From positions 1 to 64,000 of the forward strand of contig DF237146.1 in assembly GCA_000708835.1 (NCBI GenBank): a DNA stretch of 64,000 nt, in the 5' to 3' direction. Positions 60,016 to 64,000 of the stretch are shown here, one piece after another (position 1 is the first letter of the stretch; the number at the start of each line of letters is the position of its first letter). The notes under the pieces were generated by a model, which did no database searches, had not been told where the DNA came from, and saw only the letters and a list, made by a program, of their open reading frames with translations. The position numbers and the translations under genes are program-made. This DNA comes from Klebsormidium nitens (taxonomy: Eukaryota; Plantae; Klebsormidiophyceae).

Positions 60016-61150
60016 ATGCTCCTACTGCGGATCGGCTGAGTTTCGACAGTCGGTATACGTATGAGCTTGTGCCGCGTCAGCCTGCCAAGATGGTCGGCAC
60101 TGCCAACAGGCGTTTCGATGTTCAGGCAAGTAGCTCGACCGACAGTTTATATTTCATAGAAACTTCTGGTTTTGTGGCGCCGCTTGGAGACCACCAACGT
60201 CCTGCCTGCCTGCCCGATTTCAGGAGGGCAGCTTGACAATTTGAATCGAAGTAATCCGGCAGCAGATCGAGCGATTGAGAGAAAGCAATGACAGCCGCGG
60301 GCTACAGCATCAAAACTGTTTCAAGTTTTTGAAGTGCTGTTTTTGAGATGCAGACACTGAGGACCGTCCAATTTCGTCCCGCTCTTTTTTTTGAAGGGTC
60401 AGTTCTTTGTTTTCCGAGAAGGGGGTCGCTAGGGGCTGACTGAGAGCGATCGAAGCCCAAAAAGGCAACAGAGATCTCTAGAGGTTGTCGCAAATTGTAC
60501 CTTTGAGGCACCTCCGCTTAGTAGTACTCGAGGATCAGATGCAGTTTTTCTCATCTCGTCATCTCTCACTTGAGCTGAGCAGGCTAACTGCGGATTTATG
60601 AGTGTTTTATGAACCAGTCTTCTTGACTGTGCGGCAATCGCGGTGGCACGTTCACTTCCCTTCCGGACATGTGGGCACCGCTAGCTTCAACGTCGTATGG
60701 TGCTCTTACGGATATCAATACTGCTCAAGGGCAATACATGCGATTGAAGTTTGTCACTCTGGCGAACATGACAACTTCTTAGAACGGAGAGTCACTTAAG
60801 AGCGTCTTTCATGCATCTGGCATGTCATCAATATGGCTGGGCACTTGCGGCCACGTGTGCATTGCAGTTTGTCAGTGAGTGAGCGCAGAGAACGTAAAGT
60901 AAACTACTGACACTTTATTTAGGTAGTTGACGACGTCTCTCACATTGAGTTGACGCGAGACACGTGTCTCATTGTTCTCTCATCTCATCTGATTGCCACG
61001 TTCTTGTTACCTCTAAGAAAACGCTACTAGGCTTCGTTTGTGACGCCTGACGATTACTCCGGTGTTCTAGCATATCTTGCAGCAAAACTGTTTCGGCTCG
61101 CTTAGTCCCCATCTTACAAGTGGCAGACGGTCGCGACCGCAGATTCTCTT

Positions 61151-61290
61151 CTTATTGCAAAACGTTCCTGTGCGCCAGTCACTGGACACACTCATCTCTA
61201 CTCAAGATTGTCTCTTCACCCGCAGAACCACTCCTTATTGCAAAAACGTTTCTGCGCGCCAGTTTCACTGGACACACTCATGTCTACTCA
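61151..61290. repeat. Degenerate tandem duplication, period about 83 bp
   Basis: CTTATTGCAAAA(A)CGTT.CTG.GCGCCAGT..CACTGGACACACTCAT.TCTACTCA at 61151 and 61234. Confidence 0.85.
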
Positions 61291-61307
61291 TCTCATTTCA
61301 CTTTTGT

Positions 61308-61432
61308 GAAACCCTCATCTAGGACCAAAACTTAAAAAAGCCGGTAAGCGCCCGGAAACCCTCATCTAGGACCAAAACTCAAAAACCGGGACGTCCACCG
61401 AAACCCTCATCTAGGACCAAAACTTAAAACCG
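61308..61432. repeat. 45-47 bp tandem repeat x3 with a conserved core of about 29 bp
   Basis: GAAACCCTCATCTAGGACCAAAACT(T/C)AAAA at 61308, 61355 and 61400, each followed shortly by CCGG. Confidence 0.95.
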
Positions 61433-61504
61433 GTAATTCCCCCGGCCACGCTCGGTTTAGAATACACCCGCGCGCATGCGCCCGGTGGACAATCCCCGGT
61501 TGCT

Positions 61505-62944
61505 CTAACAGTTGTAGGGGACGGGGTTGGCCGCAGTGCCGGTGAAGGTGACGTAAGCGTTGTTGCTGCACGTGGGGGTAGTCGAGGAGCAGCTGCTGGG
61601 GTTAATGCAGCACACCTTCTGGGAGCCCTGTAGAGTGGGTTAACGAAAACCAGGGTCAGCAAATGGGTTCGGAAATGGTCAGCATTAGTATGACTGCAGC
61701 ACACCCTCTACGTCTCCTAACGAGTGGTTTAGCATAAACTCGGGTTAGTGAAAGTCGGTTGAAAACGGGCTAGCAGAGAGACCTTGACTTTTAGCAGTAA
61801 GGTGAATGGCGTCAAAGAGGCGCCTCGGACTCCAAGAACTTACTCGAATTCGTCGAGGTGAACGGGTGTTAGCCGAACCGACGACCATTTTCGATGCAAT
61901 TTGGACAGACTTCTTTGAGGACCATAGTTTGCCTCAATCTCGTTCTCAACGCAATCACAAGTAAGTTCTTGACGCAAGTGAAGTCCTTGTAAGACTCCCT
62001 TGAAGAGCAACACACTCTGGAAACATGCTTTTTCAGCAGCAAAGACTCAAGAGATGAGCATTAAACCAAAGCAAACAGGGAATCTAAGAACGACGAATCG
62101 GAAGTCTAGGAGGACCTAGGGATTCCAATGCTTACGCCGGCGTTGAAGCATGCGTTGGACGGGACGCCGTTGCAAGAAGGGCACGCGGCACCGCCGTTGA
62201 TCAGAGTGAAAGTGATGGGAGGGGGGGGAGGGAAGATGTAGTAGTTGCCGTTCGTGCACGTGGCGCCACCATTGGCGTCCTTGTCACCGCACGAGTCGGG
62301 GTTAATGCAGCAGACGTGAGTGGTGCCACCTGCAAGCGACGAGGAGGGCTGACGTCAGCTAGGGATGACGGCAGCTATGGATGACGTCAGGGCGAACCAA
62401 GGGACGGAAGGGTGGTCTCAAAGCTTGTCCTGACCAGCTGACACTCAACTGTCAAGGTCGTTCTGACAACATTTTGTTTCGGTTTGACCTGACATGCTAA
62501 AGCTAGTCACCAAAAATTGACCGTGGGACCTTACTTTTCGGTGCGCAACTATAGCTGCTCTGTTTAAGGGGCAGGGCAAGGGATGGTTAACGGGAGAACC
62601 TGGATTAGATGCAAACTATATGCCTCTACCGACTCAGCTCCACACATGTCCTACTGAAAATGGGGAAGAAGGAAGTGGCCTAGAACAGAGTGTCAGAAAA
62701 TAAACAGTGGCAGGTTCTGTTCCAAGTCTGGTGCCCATTCTGAAATTTGAACATGAACTTGAAGGGCAAATGTTTTAGAACAGAGTGTCAGGAAAACTGT
62801 GGCAGGTTCTTCTAAGTTGTATGGCCACACAAACATTTTTGGACTTGAACGAGAACAAGAGCTCACCATTGTTGAAGCAGGAGTTGGTGGGGGTGTTGGC
62901 GGGTGAGTTGGGGCATGCGGTCGCTGCGGGCACGGTCGCGCCAG
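61505..62944 (-). CDS. Cys-rich, probably secreted protein with two copies of a repeat; exons 62944-62867, 62329-62136, 61627-61505; 5' exons unresolved
   Basis: Canonical GTGAGC/GTAAGC donors and GCAG/ACAG acceptors give the in-phase product ...ACPNSPANTPTNSCFNN|GGTTHVCCINPDSCGDKDANGGATCTNGNYYIFPPPPPITFTLINGGAACPSCNGVPSNACFNAG|GSQKVCCINPSSCSSTTPTCSNNAYVTFTGTAANPVPYNC*. Confidence 0.8.
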
Positions 62945-63165
62945 CTGCATTATTTGAAGGGGTCCTCAGTCAGTCATGAAAGAAAGTTAGTAACCCAGTT
63001 TTTGAAGTAGAAAGTCAGTCAGAAAGTAAGTTCGTCACAAAGCTTACACTCTGCAAGCTGCATTATTTGAAGGGGTCCTCAGTCAGTCATGAACGAAGTT
63101 TATAACGAGTTAACTGAAGGTAAAAGGCAGTCACAAAGTCAATCAGAAAGTAAGTTCGTCACAAG
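62945..63165. repeat. Tandem duplication, period about 114-123 bp, covering a splice acceptor
   Basis: CTGCATTATTTGAAGGGGTCCTCAGTCAGTCATGAA at 62945 and 63059. CAGAAAGTAAGTTCGTCACAA occurs twice. Confidence 0.85.
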
Positions 63166-64000
63166 TCTGAAGGTCCGTCTGAGCTGCACCCTGCAGGGTT
63201 AACCCAGGCGGCAGAAACGTGTCTTAGAGTCAAAGGAGCAGTTACTAAGAAGTCGGTCACAGAGAAAAATGAGGACGCAAGAGAGTTGGTTACAGAATAC
63301 TGGTGGCATACCAGTCGTAAGGGGGGCATTTGAAGCAATGAAAGGCTCATCCTGCGGAAGTATTTGGGCTTGGGGAACGAAATCCAAACCAAAATCATTC
63401 AAGGACACGCTTGAAAGGGATCCCTGAGCTGGGGGGGAGGTTCTTAACGGCAAAGCGCATTCACACCACTCTCAGAGGGACATATAAGGTGGAAAGAGAA
63501 TCAATATATGCCCAAATGCAAATCCTAGAAGGCGGGGCTAAGCAAATGCCATTCTCTTAATTGCATTCAGCGTAACATGACCTGTTGTTCCCCAAAGTAT
63601 GAATTGTATTCTCCCATACTGGCCTCAAAGCAGGCTACTTATTAAGCACATATACAGGAATCCCAGGAAAGGAGAATGTCTAATACTTCCAGCCCCTCAA
63701 AGTAAACTGGACACTACATTAACCCCCTGAAAGCATGCACACAAGTGCCCTAACTTGCCCAACAAAGAAGAACCTTGAAGATTTTGCCCTGGGTTTCAAA
63801 GTAAATTGATGAGACAGGGCTTGACCATATGAGGCCTTTACTCATTGCCACTGCCCATATCTATCCACCAGAACTGAACGACAAAAGCCATGGGAATGAC
63901 AAGTCAAGTTCAGTAATTCTGGTCTTCATGGATGCCCCCTGTAGCTTGGAGCCCGAAAGTCCGTAGCGCAAGTCTAGTGAGCTTGTTAGGTGGTAACTGC

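Noticed and set aside
61308-61432. CRISPR-like repeat-spacer array
   Set aside because: Only three units, linkers of 15-18 bp that resemble each other, eukaryotic context and no cas genes.
1-64000. rRNA, tRNA, transposase, reverse transcriptase or integrase genes
   Set aside because: No diagnostic motifs seen by eye. Short or decayed elements could be missed without covariance or HMM searches.

Overview
Eukaryotic, intron-containing, mostly GC-rich DNA with one 205-N scaffold gap. Splice-site style (GTGAG/GTACG/GTAAG...GCAG), a centriolar C2CD3 orthologue and the F-box expansion suggest a flagellate green alga or charophyte such as Klebsormidium (inference only). The dominant feature is an array of about 19 intronless F-box genes, pseudogenes and relics (2-12 kb and 37.7-60 kb). 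Their C-terminal domain is one I do not recognise. Most copies sit as head-to-head pairs, always one class I gene (W[KR]EAFYG type; subfamilies B, C) facing one class II gene (WK[EK][AS][FW]L type; subfamilies A/E, D) across a 250-530 bp GC-rich spacer with GCGGCCGC and AAACCC boxes. No pair keeps both members intact. The left and right arrays are mirror images, and a decayed inverted copy of the C2CD3 3' end lies at 13.1-14.8 kb. The centre holds a four-unit 177-206 bp satellite, a stop-riddled multi-exon NYN-domain gene (minus) and a 10+ exon C2CD3-like gene (plus) with an IQ motif and two GC-AG introns. The right end has a membrane-protein gene and a Cys-rich two-repeat gene that the ORF track misses. 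No rRNA, tRNA, CRISPR or recognisable transposase was found. All alignments and translations were done by eye, with no database searches.
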